Below, one piece after another: positions 40,965 through 53,714 of a stretch of DNA of 64,000 bases (positions are counted from its first letter, which is position 1; the number at the start of each line of letters is the position of its first letter). Both the position numbers and the translations under genes were made by a program. The notes below the pieces were generated by a model. It searched no databases. It was given only the letters and a program-made list of their open reading frames with translations, and was not told where the DNA came from. This DNA is from the human T2T-CHM13v2.0 reference genome, Homo sapiens: the NCBI RefSeq assembly GCF_009914755.1, contig NC_060926.1, one strand, 5' to 3'.

Positions 40965-41190
40965 AATGGAGAAAACGCCTCCAGGGCATTTCAGAGACCT
41001 TTGTGGCAGCCCCTCCCACCGCAGGGCTGGAAGCCTAGGAGGGAAAAAATGGTTTCATGGCCAGCCCGGTGCCCCCCTGCTCTGTGCAGCGTTAGGACAT
41101 GGTACCCTGCATTGTGGCCGCTGCAGCTCCAGCTGTGGCTAAAAGGGGCCAAGGTACAGCTTGGGCCATTGCTTCAGATGCTGCAATCAC
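40965..41190 (+). mobile_element. Isolated MaLR (MST/THE1) internal fragment
   Basis: GGCATTTCAGAGACCTTTGTGGCAGCCCCTCCCA...GCTGTGGCTAAAAGGGGCCAAGGTACAGC; homologous to 44268-44490 on the opposite strand. Confidence 0.88.
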
Positions 41191-41597
41191 CAATCTCACA
41201 TCTCCTTGTTCATGGTAGAATGTCCCTCCCTGTAACCTGACTTATGTGGTACATGACATCTTCTCACATTGCTGTCTGTATAAAGTTATCTTCATATTTT
41301 ACCATCTTTCATATTTCAAAAGTTTATACTTCTACCCTACTAATGTCAAAGGCAAACCAGAAATTGAGAGTTAATGCTATAACTCTGGCAATTTGACTAT
41401 CCTCACTTATTCTCCCTATGTGGAATTTCTAGGTGTCACAACACTCCCTAGTAACATATATCAAGACACCTAGGAACTAATATATGATATAGATTTGGAA
41501 AAAACTGCTCTATATGTTTTTTAGGTTGTGTATAAAATTTAAATGTGATTTGTGTGGAGAAAATGTGAGTTATACTGCAAAAGACAGAAAGATCTAT

Positions 41598-42303
41598 TGA
41601 TATGGTTTGGATATGTGTCCTCTCAAATTCTCATGTAGAAATGTGATGACAGAGTTGGAAGAGGGGCCTGGAGTGAGGTGTTTGGATCATGGTGGGTGTA
41701 TCCCTGATGAAGAGCTTAGTGCTGTCCCCTTGGTGATGAGTGAGCTTACCTGAGAGAGATCTGGTTGTTTAAAAGAGTATCACACCTCCCTCCTCTCTCT
41801 TGCTCCTACTCTTACCATGTGATATGCCTGTTCCCACTTCACCTTCCATCACAGGTACAAGTTTCCTGAGGATCTCACCAGAAACAGATGCCAGCTTCAT
41901 GCTTCCTGTAAAGTCTGCAGAACCACGAGCCTATGAAACCTCTTTTCTTGTTTTTTTTTTTTCTTTTTTTAAAATTTTACTTTAAGTTCTGGGATACATG
42001 TGCAGAACATGCAGGTTTGTTACATAAGTATACGTGTGCCATGGTGGTTTGCTGCACCTGTCAACCCGTCATCTAGGTTTTAAGCCCCGCATGTATTAGG
42101 TATTTGTCCTAATGCTCTCCCTCCCCTTGTCCCCCATCCCCTGACAGGCCCCATGTGTGATGTTCTCCTCCCTATGTCCATGGGTTCTCATTGTTCAACT
42201 TCCACTTATGAGTGAGAACATGCAGTGTTTGGCTTTCTGTTCCTGTATACATTACCCAGTCTCAGAATTTTCTTTATAGGAATGCCAAGAACAGTGTAAT
42301 ATA
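41598..42303 (+). mobile_element. MSTB-type solo LTR interrupted by L1PA8
   Basis: TGATATGGTTTGGATATGTGTCC...ATTACCCAGTCTCAG...TAATATA; 5-bp TSD TCTAT at 41593-41597 and 42304-42308. Confidence 0.9.
41950..42246 (-). mobile_element. L1PA8-like 3' end
   Basis: Poly-T, then TTTAAGTTCTGGGATACATGTGCAGAAC...TCTAGGTTTTAAGCCCCGCATG. Confidence 0.9.
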
Positions 42304-42580
42304 TCTATTAAGTCATATGAAGTCTTCTTTAATCTTGGGTAGAATTGTCTCTTATATAATACTAATTTCTTTCCAGGGGTATTTTATTTGTATATTTTAT
42401 AAAATAAGTGACTATCACTTCCATCTTAAAATAGTTTAGATGCTGGAATTGGGGTTACTAAATACTCAAGCTTTTCTCTTTTCCAGTGACCCAGTGAAAT
42501 AAAAGCTGTAGATTTGATCATGCTTCCTACACACAGTCTAGGCCAGAAGAAATTGAAAGCCTCATTCTAACCCCAGGATA

Positions 42581-42583
42581 TGT

Positions 42584-42628
<45 letters not shown>
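42581..42628. repeat. (TG)n microsatellite: (TG)3TC(TG)20
   Basis: Read directly from the sequence. Confidence 0.95.
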
Positions 42629-42629
<1 letters not shown>

Positions 42630-43114
42630 ATTCTATAATATACAAATATAGGAATATACATATATTCCTATAAAAAAAGATCTGACATAAATAAAGATCA
42701 GAAAATAATACTTGCTAAAATAATCACATCTACAATAGTTTAAGAAATGTTTTTTTCACCCCTAGTCAGTAATCTCACCCTAGCATTGCATAGTTTCCTT
42801 TACCTTAAGAGATGAGTCAATACCTCAGTAGGCATAGAAGTGAGTTTTTGTCTTTCTAAAGATCTTATTAATAGCACCCCTTTTCACTCAGAGAATTGCC
42901 TCAGTTTTGATGATACGTTTTATGATCACCTATGAAATTCTCATCTCTTGACATGTACTCTTAGATTTTATAGGTTCATCTTCTCAAATGTCTGCTTTCA
43001 GGTACAGCATGGCTATCAGAAGGCCATAATCATATTTTGTTCACTATATTTTATATTTTCTGTACTATTGGTGCAACTAAGGTGTTGCTGCCTACAGTCC
43101 CAGAGTTTTTTCTC

Positions 43115-45479
43115 TGTATTTGTCCATTCTCACACCGCTATAAAGACATACCTGAGATTGGGTAATTTATAAAGAAAAGAGGTTTAATCAGCTCACAGCT
43201 CTGCAGGTTGTACAGATTTCTGCTTCTGGGGAGGCATCAGGAAACTTCGTCATGATGGAAGGCAAAAGAAAGCAAGCACACCTTCACATGACTGACAGGA
43301 GAGAGAAAGAGTGCAAAGGAGGAAGTGCTACACACTTTGAAATAACCAGATCTCATGAGAAATCTATTAGGAGAACAGAAAGAGGAAAGTCCTGCCCAAT
43401 GATTCAGTCACCCCACACCAGACCTACAATTACAATTAGACATGAGATTTGGGTGGTGACACAGAGTCAAACATATTATTTTACCCCAGCCCCTCCCAAA
43501 TCTCATATCCTTCTCACATTTCAAAACACAATCATGCCTTCCCAACAGTCCTCAAAGTATTAATTCATTGCAGCATTAAGTCAAAAGTCAAAGTCCAAGT
43601 CTTATCTGAGACAAGGCAAGTCCCTTCCACCTATGAGCCTATAAAATCAGAAGCAAGTTAGTTACTTCTAAGACACAATGGGGGTACAGGCATTGAGTAA
43701 ATGCTCCCAATTCAAAAAGGAGAAATTGGCCAAAACAAAGGGACTACAGGCCCCATGCAAGTCTGAGACACAGCGAGACAGTCATCAAATCTTAAAGCTC
43801 CAAAATAATCTCCTTGACTTCATGTCTCACATCTCTGCCACACTGATTCAAGGGATGGGCTCCTAAGGCCTTGGGAAGCTCCACCTCATGGTTCTGGGAG
43901 GCACAGCCCCCACAGTTGTTTTCACAGGCTGGGGTTTAGTGCCTGTGGTTTTTCCAGGTGCACAATACAAGTTGTCGGTGGCTCTACCATTCTGAGGTCT
44001 GTAGGATGGTGACCTTCTTCTCATAGCTCCACTAGGCTGTGCCCCAGTGGAAGACTCTGTTTGGGGGCTCCAACCCATCATTTTCCCTTTGCATTTCCCT
44101 AGCAGAAGTTCTCAATTAGGGCTCTCACCCTGCAGCAGACTTTTGCCTGGACGTCCAGGCATTTTCATACATCCTCTGAAATCTAGGAAGAGACTCCCAA
44201 GCCTCAACTCTTGCCCTCTGAGAACCCACAGGCATTACAACACATGGAAACTACCAAGGCTTGGGGATTGCACCATCTGATGTGACAGCCTGAGCTGTAC
44301 CTTGGCCCCTTTTAGCCACAGCTGGAGCTGAAGCCACTGCAGTGCAGGGTGCCATGTACTGAGGCTGCACGGAGCAGTGGGGCCCTGGTCCTGGACCATG
44401 AGATGTTTTTCCCTTGTAGGCTTCCAGGCCTGTGATGGGAGGTGCTGCCACAAAGGTCTCTGAAATGCTTTGGCGGCATTTTCCCCATTGTCTTGACTGT
44501 TAATATTTGGCTCCTGTTTACTTACAGAAATTTATGCAACTGGCTTGAATTTCTCTTCAGAAAATGAGTTTTTCTTTTCTGCCACATGGTCAGTCTGCAA
44601 ATTTTTCAAACTTTTATGTTCTGCTTTCCTTTTAAATATAAGTTCCAGTTTCAGACTATCTCTTTGTAAATGAATATGAGCATACACTTTTAGAAGCAGC
44701 CAGGCTAAACTTCAAAGACTTTGCTGCTTAGAAATTTCTTCTGCCAGAGATCTTAAATCATCTTTCTCAATTTCAAAGTTCTACAGATCCCTAGACTGGT
44801 GACAATGTCACCAGTCTCTTTGCTAAAGTATACCAAGAGCAAACTTTACTTCAGTTTCTAGTAAGTTCCTCATCTCCATCTGAGACCTCATCAGCCTGGT
44901 CATCTCTGTCCATATCATTATCAGCATTTTGACCAAAACCATTCAACAGGTCTCTAGGAAGTTCCAAACCTTCCTTTATCTTCCTATCTTCTTCTGAGCC
45001 CACCAAACTGTTCCAACATCTGCCCATTACCTAATTCCAAAGCTATTCCTACATTTTCAGGTATCTTTATAGCAATACCTCACTCTCAGTGCAATTTTCT
45101 GTATTAGTCTGTTCTCACACTGCTATAAAGACATACCTGAGACTGGGTAATTTATAAAGAAAAGGGGTTTCAGCAGCTCATGGTTCTGCAGGCTGTACAG
45201 GTTTCTGCTTGTGGAGAGGCATTGAGAAACTTACAGACATGACAGAAGGCAAAAGGGAAGCAGGCATGTATCACATGGCCAGAAGGAGAGAGATAGAGTA
45301 AAGTGGGGAGGGGTGACACACGTTGAAACCACCAGATCTCGTGAGAACTTTGTCAGAATAACAGTGAGGGGGAAGTCCACCTCCATGATTCAATCACCTC
45401 CCACCAGGCCCCTCCTAAAACACTGGGAATTACAACTCAATATGAGATTTGCGTGGAGACATAGAGCCAAACCATGTCA
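43115..45479 (-). mobile_element. Complete MST-type MaLR provirus (LTR 45100-45479, internal region, LTR 43115-43478)
   Basis: Two same-orientation LTRs flanking about 1.6 kb of MaLR internal sequence (CCCTCCCAAATCTCAT...CAAGGCAAGTCCCTTCCACCTATGAGCC...); purine tract next to the 3' LTR on the minus strand. Confidence 0.93.
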
Positions 45480-46749
45480 CTCCCATTTCTGCCAATGCTG
45501 CGATCAAGACCTTAGCTAGAAAGAAGTAGAAAACTGGACTTGCCTGATTGGCTCCCAAATGGTCTATCATTGATTCTACCCCTAGTTGTGCTCTGGCTGG
45601 CAAACGTTGGATTCCAAAAAGACAATGCAGTAAAATAAATAGAGACAGAGAGTAAGAGAGAGTTAGAAGGCCTGCGTTGTTATCTTCCTATAGTTGATAC
45701 TCAGGAGATTCATGTTCTACTGTGTCCTTTCATTAATTTTAATAAACTGCCTCTTTATTTTTAAATATAGAGAGACAGTGGTCGAAGTGTGCATGTATGA
45801 CAGTTAAAAATGTAACTTGGTCTATATGAGATGAATAGGGACCAAATTATGCAGAAACTGTAGTTATGAGAGCAGCATTCTTTGCACTAATTTGAGTCCA
45901 TAGAATGGATTTTAGAACACGTGTTAAAAATGTAATTCTTATCCCTTCATATATGCAAATTAAAAGTAACTGAAGTAAAATAAAAAAGTGTCACTGAGAA
46001 GCAGTCCTCCAGGGTACAGCTTTAGTGAACAATTTATAATTAAATGACACTTGTTTTGCATCTTTCCATATTTTCAGCCAGTTAGTTCCTCTGAAAAAAA
46101 TAAGCTTTATAAAGTAATTGCCAGACATTCCTATTAAACTTACCTTTAAACTCCAAGCAGGCCTATTCCCAGATATAATATTCTGTGATTTAGTGAATTA
46201 GTCAGGTTTTATATTTTGATTCTTTAGAGAGTCTCTCTCCTTGTAGTAACTCAATAACCACTTCATGGAAGTGGAACTCTGCTTGCATTCATAAACACAC
46301 TGTTACCAGCTGAAGGCGATGATACTGCAGTATTTAAGCCATGCTTATCATACTTGAAGATGAGGAAGGGGCTCAATGTCATGTTCTTGTAACAAAGATT
46401 TATTTCACATTTACTATATTCCCAACACAGTGAAAGTTGCAGTTGAAAATGAAAATAGAGAAATATTTCTAAACTCTGACAAATCTTCAAAGAAGGCAGA
46501 GCAAGTAAGTGTCAGGTATATCATCTAACAGGTGGAGCTGGAGCAGGTTGATTCTATCTGGGCCAATGGTCTCTTATCGCTCCTCACTTGACTTAGAATT
46601 GGTTTTCTTCTCCATTCTGAAAGTTCAGTCTCAGAATAAACTGTCTTCTGTTCATCAAACATCAACCGTGTACCAGAAACGATTGCTTTTCTAAATACTA
46701 TATATGCATTCTCACAATGTCACTCTGAGGTAATTATTATTATTGGTGA

Positions 46750-46875
46750 ATCAGTCACTGAAATCAAACTGCCTATGCCTCAGTTGTTAATTTACAAGTG
46801 TAAATAACAATGATGCCTGCTTGCCTCATACTGTCAATGTGATGATTAGTATAATATACAGGTCAAGTGATTAGA
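46750..46875 (+). mobile_element. MIR fragment (probable host of Tigger1)
   Basis: TGCCTCAGTT...GTAAA...TGCCTCATA...TGTGATGATTA; possible continuation at 48867-48895. Confidence 0.45.
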
Positions 46876-46879
46876 TTTA

Positions 46880-46963
46880 TATTGTGTAACTCACTTGATT
46901 GCAATATTCACCTTTGCAGAGGTGGTTTAAAACTGAATTCCCAATATCTCCAAGGTATGCCTA
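46880..46963 (+). mobile_element. Tigger1 3' terminal segment with terminal inverted repeat (TIR), opposite orientation to the body
   Basis: TGTGTAACTCACTTGATTGCAATATTCAC...CAATATCTCCAAGGTATGCCT followed by TA. Confidence 0.75.
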
Positions 46964-48866
46964 TATTCTAATTCCTTTGTTGTCATTTCAACACTTTTCA
47001 CAGCAACTTCAGCAGTAGATTCCATCTCAAGAAACCACTTTCTTTGCTCATCCATAAGAAGCAACATTTCATTTGTTCAAGTTTTAGCATGATATTGTAG
47101 CAATTTAGTCACATCTTCAGGCTTCACTTCTAATTCTTCACTTCTCTTTCTATTTCCACCATATCTGCCTTTACTTCATTCAATGAAGTCTTGAACCCCT
47201 CTAAATCATCTATGAAAACTGGAATCACCTTCTTCCAAACTTCCATTAATGTTGACATTGTGACCTCCTACCATGAATTATTAATGTTTTTAATGGCATC
47301 TGGAATGATGAATGCTTTCCAGAAGGTTTTCAATTTGCTTTGCCCAAAACTATCAGAGGAATTTTTATCTATTCAGTTAAAACCTTATGAAATAGGTTTT
47401 TTAAATATTAAGACTTTTCTAAGTCAAAATTAAGCCTTGATTTATGGACTAAACAATGCATGTTGTGTTTGCAGTCTTAAAAACAACAACAATCTTTTTG
47501 TACATCTCTGTCAGAACTTTTGGGTAACTAGGTGCATTGTCAACAAGCAGTGATATTTTGAAAGAAATCTTTTTTCTGAGCAGTAGGTCTCAATAGTAGA
47601 CTTAAAGTATTCCCTAAACCGTGCCATAAACAGATATGCTGTCATCCAGGCTTTGTTATTTCCTATATAAAGAACAGTCAGACTAGATACAACATAATTC
47701 TTAAGGGTCCTATGATTTTCAGAATGGTAAATGAGCATTGGCTTCAACTTTAAAGTCATTAGCTGCATTAGCCCCTAACAAGAGAGCCTGTTCTGTGAAG
47801 ATTTGAAGCCAAGCATTAACCTCTCCTTTCTTGTCCTGAAAATTCTAGATGGCATCTTCTTCCAATGGAAGACTATTTTGTCTACATAGAAAATCTGTTG
47901 TTTAATGTAGCCACCTTCATCAATGATCTTAGCTAGATCTGGATAACTTACTACAGTTTCTATATCAGCACTTGCTGCTTCACCTTACATTTTAATGTTA
48001 TGGAAATGGCTTATTTCCTTAAACTTTGCGAACCAACCTCCGCTAGCTTCAAACTTTTCTTTCTCACATCTATCAGCTTTCTCACATCTATCAACATTTG
48101 TGGAATGAAAGAGTGTTAGGACCATACACTAGATTAGGTTTTGGTTTAAGGGAATGTTGGAGCTGTTTGATCATCTATCCAGACCACAAAAACCTTCTCC
48201 ATATCCTCAATAAGTCTGTTTCCTGTTTTAAAAATCACTCATGTATTCATTGCAGTAGCACCTTTAATTTCCTTTAAGAATGTTTTTGTTTTGTTTTTTT
48301 TGTATTAACAACTTGGCTGTTTGGCTGAAGAGGCCTAGCTTTTTGCCTATCTTTCTTTAGGCATGCTCTTGTCACTAAACTTAATCATTTCTAGGTTTTG
48401 ATTTAAAGTGAAAGATGTGTAACTTTTAGTTTTACTTGAACACTTAGAGGAAACTATAGGGTTATTAATTGGCCTAATTTCAATATTGCTGTTTCTCAGG
48501 GAATAGAGAATTCCAAGTAGAGAATTACACAGGGAATGGCTGGTCAGTAGAACAGTCAGAGCAGACACAACATTTATCAATTAAGTTTGTCTTTTTATAG
48601 AGCACAGTTTGTTGAGCACCAAGAAAATTACAATATTATCATCAAAGATCACAGATCACCATAAGATATAATAACAATAAAAAAATTTTAAAATCTTAGA
48701 AGAATTACCAAAACTGTTACACAGGGATGAGTAGTGTACACATTCTATTCAAAATATGGCACCAACAGGCTTGCTGATGCAAAATTGCCACAAAACTTCA
48801 GTTTGTAAAATATGTGCTATCTTGGAAGTGGCATTAAGCAAGGCAAAATTAAATGAAGTACATTTG
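46963..48866 (-). mobile_element. Tigger1 DNA transposon (decayed transposase)
   Basis: Transposase remnants SSKCSSKTKSYTSFTLNQNLEMIKFS (48347-48580) and [18 protein letters not shown]...NNKAWMT (47511-47768); degenerate 5' terminus ends at 48866. Confidence 0.92.
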
Positions 48867-49889
48867 CACCTAGAAATACAGGAGCATTAATTTTTTTATT
48901 TTTAAAATTATATTCACATTGCACAGATAGTTATTATATGTTGGTATTTTTCTTATTTATATATAACAGATTCATTGGATGAAAAGCAAAAATAATCTCT
49001 CTACAGTAATATATCAATTCTGCCATGTAAACTCTAAACATCTTTTATAACTGTTTTTCTGAAAGGTGTTATTAGCATCAGAATTATTCAGAAATGTCAT
49101 ATCTATTGGTCTAATAATGTTTGTACTGAAGTGCTGTAAGTTATATTCATAGAGCTCAATGATTCACTTAAATTCTCTATGTAAACGTTGCATGATGTAC
49201 TTAAAACAGGTAGCAGGCAAAGATGATTGCAGCATTAATTAATTATATGGTGAAATATGCCAGTAGGGAAATTGGCTGTAGGATATGAATCACTTTCCTC
49301 ACTCTCAGTACAGTCTCAAGTAAGAGGAAAAGGATTAGAAAAAAGCATTCATTAACAAACATTTATTTGAGTATCTCCTATATGCCAATATCTAGATTCC
49401 AGAGATATAGCTGTGAAAAAAATATTAAAAATAACTAAAAATCCTGACCTTATAGTCCTTACATTCTACATTAGTTACAGGTTAAAATATTTACAAATAT
49501 TGTATGTGGGCTGGTGAATGCTATAGATATAAAGAAAGAAAATAGGGAAGTCCAGTGGAGAGGGAAAGGATTACAACTGAAACAAAATGGGCAGGGAAAG
49601 TTTTGCTTAAAGAAAGAACTAAAAAACAATTACCAGAAGAAGGTGACAGAATGACTCTCCACGGTGTCTACAGAAACAGTATTTCATGTAGAACAATCAC
49701 AAGTACAAATGTTTTTAATCATGAGAAAGCACAGCATGAACAAAGAGACAGATTGATGGAAACAGTGATCCCTGACCAGAACCATCCACTGTCATCACCC
49801 AGGAGCTTGTTAAAAATGCAGAAACCAAGGACCTATCCATATGTACTGAATCAATTCTGCATTTTGACAAAATTCCTAGGTGATTCTTA

Positions 49890-50233
<344 letters not shown>

Positions 50234-50399
50234 AATTTTCAGAAGCATTGAACTAAATGAAAAGTAATAGGAGATGCATGAAAAGATGTAGCCAGGGACT
50301 AGGTTACATAAAACTTTTTTGGACTCAAAATGTACTTTGACTTTCATTCTGGGTGATTGATATCCATTGTGTGACAGTTAGCTGAACGGTAAATAATCT

Positions 50400-50570
50400 C
50401 AGGTCACCGCCGGCTCCTATGGTGCCTTTGTGTCAATCCTTAAAAAGACACTACTTTCTCAACACTCTATACTAACCATATGCCATAGCATTGTCGTAAT
50501 TCCACAATGAGTGATATGTGAATGGTGTTCTCCACAATTCCACACTGCACAGTCTGCACAGTCGGATAAT
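50400..50570. mobile_element. MER91-like hAT element
   Basis: CAGGTCACCGCC...ATGGTGCC...TATGTGAATGGTG...CTGCACAGTCTGCACA. Confidence 0.45.
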
Positions 50571-51423
50571 ATTTGGGAGATAAGATAAAAAACAAAGATA
50601 TAAAGGATGACACTAAAATTTCTGTACTGAGGTTATGGAAAGTAGAGTTACAATTACTGGGTTGAGGAAGGTTATGGGTAAAGTTGATCTGATGTGAAAA
50701 GAGATAGCTGGAGTCTGGTTTTACATAAATTAAATTCGAGATGCCAATTAGACATCCAAGTGGATATAATGAGTCATCAACCACATATATAAAGCCAAAA
50801 TTTAGGAAAAATCATTTGCTTGGAGATATAAGTTTGAAAAATTTTATCATAAAGATAATGTTTAGAGGCATGAGAATGGATAAACTCAGCAAATGACTGA
50901 GAATAGACAGAAAAAAAAAGAATCCATGGGACACTGTACCTGAACTTTGTAGCACACCTATATTTAGAGAAGATCAGAAGCAACCAGAAAGAAGGCTGAA
51001 AAGAAACAACCAATTAAGTAGGAGGAGAAAAGTCAGGAGCATTTGGAAGCCAAGGGAAAATACCTTTCAAGGAGGACGTAGTAATTAATTGTGTCTAATG
51101 CATCAGATAGATGAAGTAAGAGGAAGACTGGATCCTGACCATTAAACAAGGACAGGACATTATTGACTTTGACAAACACCACAACTGCTGTAGGATCCAT
51201 GAATTATCAATTCTAATAGGCCTGAAGAGCTGTTGAAACAGAGATGGAAGTAGAAATAAGCTTCAAATCTAAAAGATAAATATTATTTTATTTGCATCTT
51301 TCTTATAAAATATTAATGCATGTTTTGTGCAAAATATCCCTGAATCCTTAAATTCTTGTGAGGGGGCATTACAGTATCTTCTTTTGATAGAATATGCATC
51401 TTTAGATAGTGGAAATTGATAAA

Positions 51424-51697
51424 TTTTTTTTAGAGACGGATTCTCTCTCTGTCGCCCAGGCTGGAGTGCAGTGGTGCCATCTCTGCTCACTGCAAGCTCT
51501 GCCTCTCGGGTTCACGCCATTCTCCTGCCTCAACCTCCTGAGTAGCTGGGACTACAGACGCCCGCCACCACGCCCGGCTGAGTTTTTGTATTTTTAGTAG
51601 AGATGGGGTTTCACCGTGTTAGGCAGGATGGTCTTGATCTCCTGACCTCGTGATCCACCCCCTCGGCCTCCCAAAGTGCTGGGATTACAGGCGTGAG
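51424..51697 (-). mobile_element. AluY, slightly 5'-truncated
   Basis: GCAAGCTC...GGGTTCACGCCATTCTCC...CACCGTGTTAG...CCTCGTGATCC; TSD core ATTGATAA on both sides. Confidence 0.94.
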
Positions 51698-51796
51698 AAC
51701 ATTGATAATTTTTATAACAGAAATTCAGGGAGTAGAATCTGCTTCTTATAGTCAGTCCAGTTATTTCTCCTCTAAATCTAAGGAATCCAGGAACTT

Positions 51797-51948
51797 TGCC
51801 TCCTCCCTCCTCTAACCCCCAGAAATGTTTTACTTGTGCTACAGATGTGTATTATGTAGACAGTTCACAGATATATGGCTTATTTATGTCCATGGATCAG
51901 AAGCTGTTTGAGGACAGAATTTGTTTAGGGAAATAGATGATAGATAGG

Positions 51949-51993
<45 letters not shown>

Positions 51994-52130
51994 GATAGAT
52001 AGATAGATAGATAGATAGATGATAGATAGAGATTTTTTTTTTTACCCCACTCCCCAGCTCTTGCAAAGAAGCATTAGAAATGCATCATAGATTTCTGCAC
52101 CTTGCATGCAAGGTACATTTTATACTTCAA
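51797..52130 (+). repeat. Dispersed direct duplication, copy B (with GATA STR at about 51933-52030)
   Basis: Near-identical to 49890-50233. Confidence 0.97.
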
Positions 52131-52162
52131 TGAGTCATTTTTAACTTTTAAAGCTGATTACT

Positions 52163-52481
52163 TTTTGTTTTACTTTATTTTATTTTATTTTTGAGACAGT
52201 GTTTCATTCTGTCATATAGGCAGAGGCACAGTCTGCAGTGGCACAATCATGGCCCACTTCAGCCTCCACAGACCAGAGGCAAGAAATCCTCCCAGCTCAC
52301 CACCATAAGTAGTTGGGACTACAGGTATGGGCCACCATGCCTGGCTAATTTTTGTGTTTTTTGTAGAGACAGGGTTTCGCCATGTTTCCCAGGTTGGTCT
52401 TGAACTTCTGAGCTCAAGAGATCCACCTGTCTCGGCCTCTTGAAGTGCTGGGATTAGAGGCGTGAGCCACCATACCAGGCC
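52163..52481 (-). mobile_element. AluJ
   Basis: GGCACAATCATGGC...TTTTTTGTAGAGACAGGGTTTCGCC...CTGAGCTCAAG. Confidence 0.88.
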
Positions 52482-52754
52482 AGTTTTTTTTCTCTGTAGA
52501 ATTGACTTTCATTTTCCTTGCAAGTTTTTTTCTTGCCAATGGGCAAGGCTCTAGTGATTATAGCATGGGTTTTATAATTATTTATAGCAGTATATTGCAT
52601 TATATATATAGCATTAATGCATTTATAGCATTATATTGAATTCTAAAATAAATACCTAAGTTAATTTCTTTTGACAAAGAATGTGAGCAAGTATTTATTT
52701 AATTAATATATGGCATACAAATGGTAGGCTTAGGAAAGATGCTAGAATAATTTT

Positions 52755-52921
52755 AAAATATATATATTATATATATAAAATATATATAATATATACTATA
52801 TATACTATATATAGTATATATAATATATAAAATATATATAATATATCAAATATATATATAATATATATATAATGTATATAATATATAACATATATAATAC
52901 ATATAAAATATATATATATAA
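52755..52921. repeat. (TA)n-derived AT-rich low-complexity tract
   Basis: About 165 bp almost exclusively A/T. Confidence 0.92.
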
Positions 52922-53714
52922 CAACATTGCAGATTCAAGCCATGCCAGCTTTGCTACAGTTAGACAAGCCTATCCAGATATATATGTATGTCTGTTTATG
53001 CTGCTTCTGTTTTTTATGATTTAGATCTTTTGATATGTTAACTCACAATTCCAAATTCTGATCTATTCAAAATATTTCACTTAATGAAGACAAGAAAAAA
53101 AAATTACACTAAGTTTTTAAAAAAGTTTTATTTTTTTATTAGAAAAGTAATCTAATGAATAATTAACATGGGATAGCAAATAGATGATAATTATTTGAAA
53201 TTACTTATGTTTACGATGATGAGAGGGTTGGTTATGAAGTTTTCCAGCCATTCTTACCAACATAGAGTCATTACTGTGTTTACAATCATTCTACATTTAC
53301 TTATTCTAAGACTGACTCAAATAAAATCACAGGTTTCTATTTTTTAAAAAAGGTAAATTGGTAAACAGTAATAATTTACACTCAATTCTTTTAAAAGGTA
53401 AATTGGTATACAGTGATAATTTACCATCGTGACAGGGAATATAGGAGACAATGGAAAAGTCTCATCATAAAGTTTTCTAGTTGAATATATTTATTTTAAA
53501 TATTTGAAATTAAATTTTATAGAGACAGATGACTTTGCTAATTGCTATAAAGTCTGAAATTGAAACACTGATATTGTGATTCCATGTCAAATATTCTCAT
53601 CATTGTGTTAAATGACTTCTACAGTGTCACTCAAAAGCATGCATATAAAGCAATGAGTTATGCATGTAATTATGCATGCAATTGTTAGGCATTTGTCTTT
53701 CTATAACAATTGAG

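Noticed and set aside
46495-46512. Strong splice donor AAGTAAGT
   Set aside because: No matching acceptor or coding exon could be identified; such motifs are common by chance.
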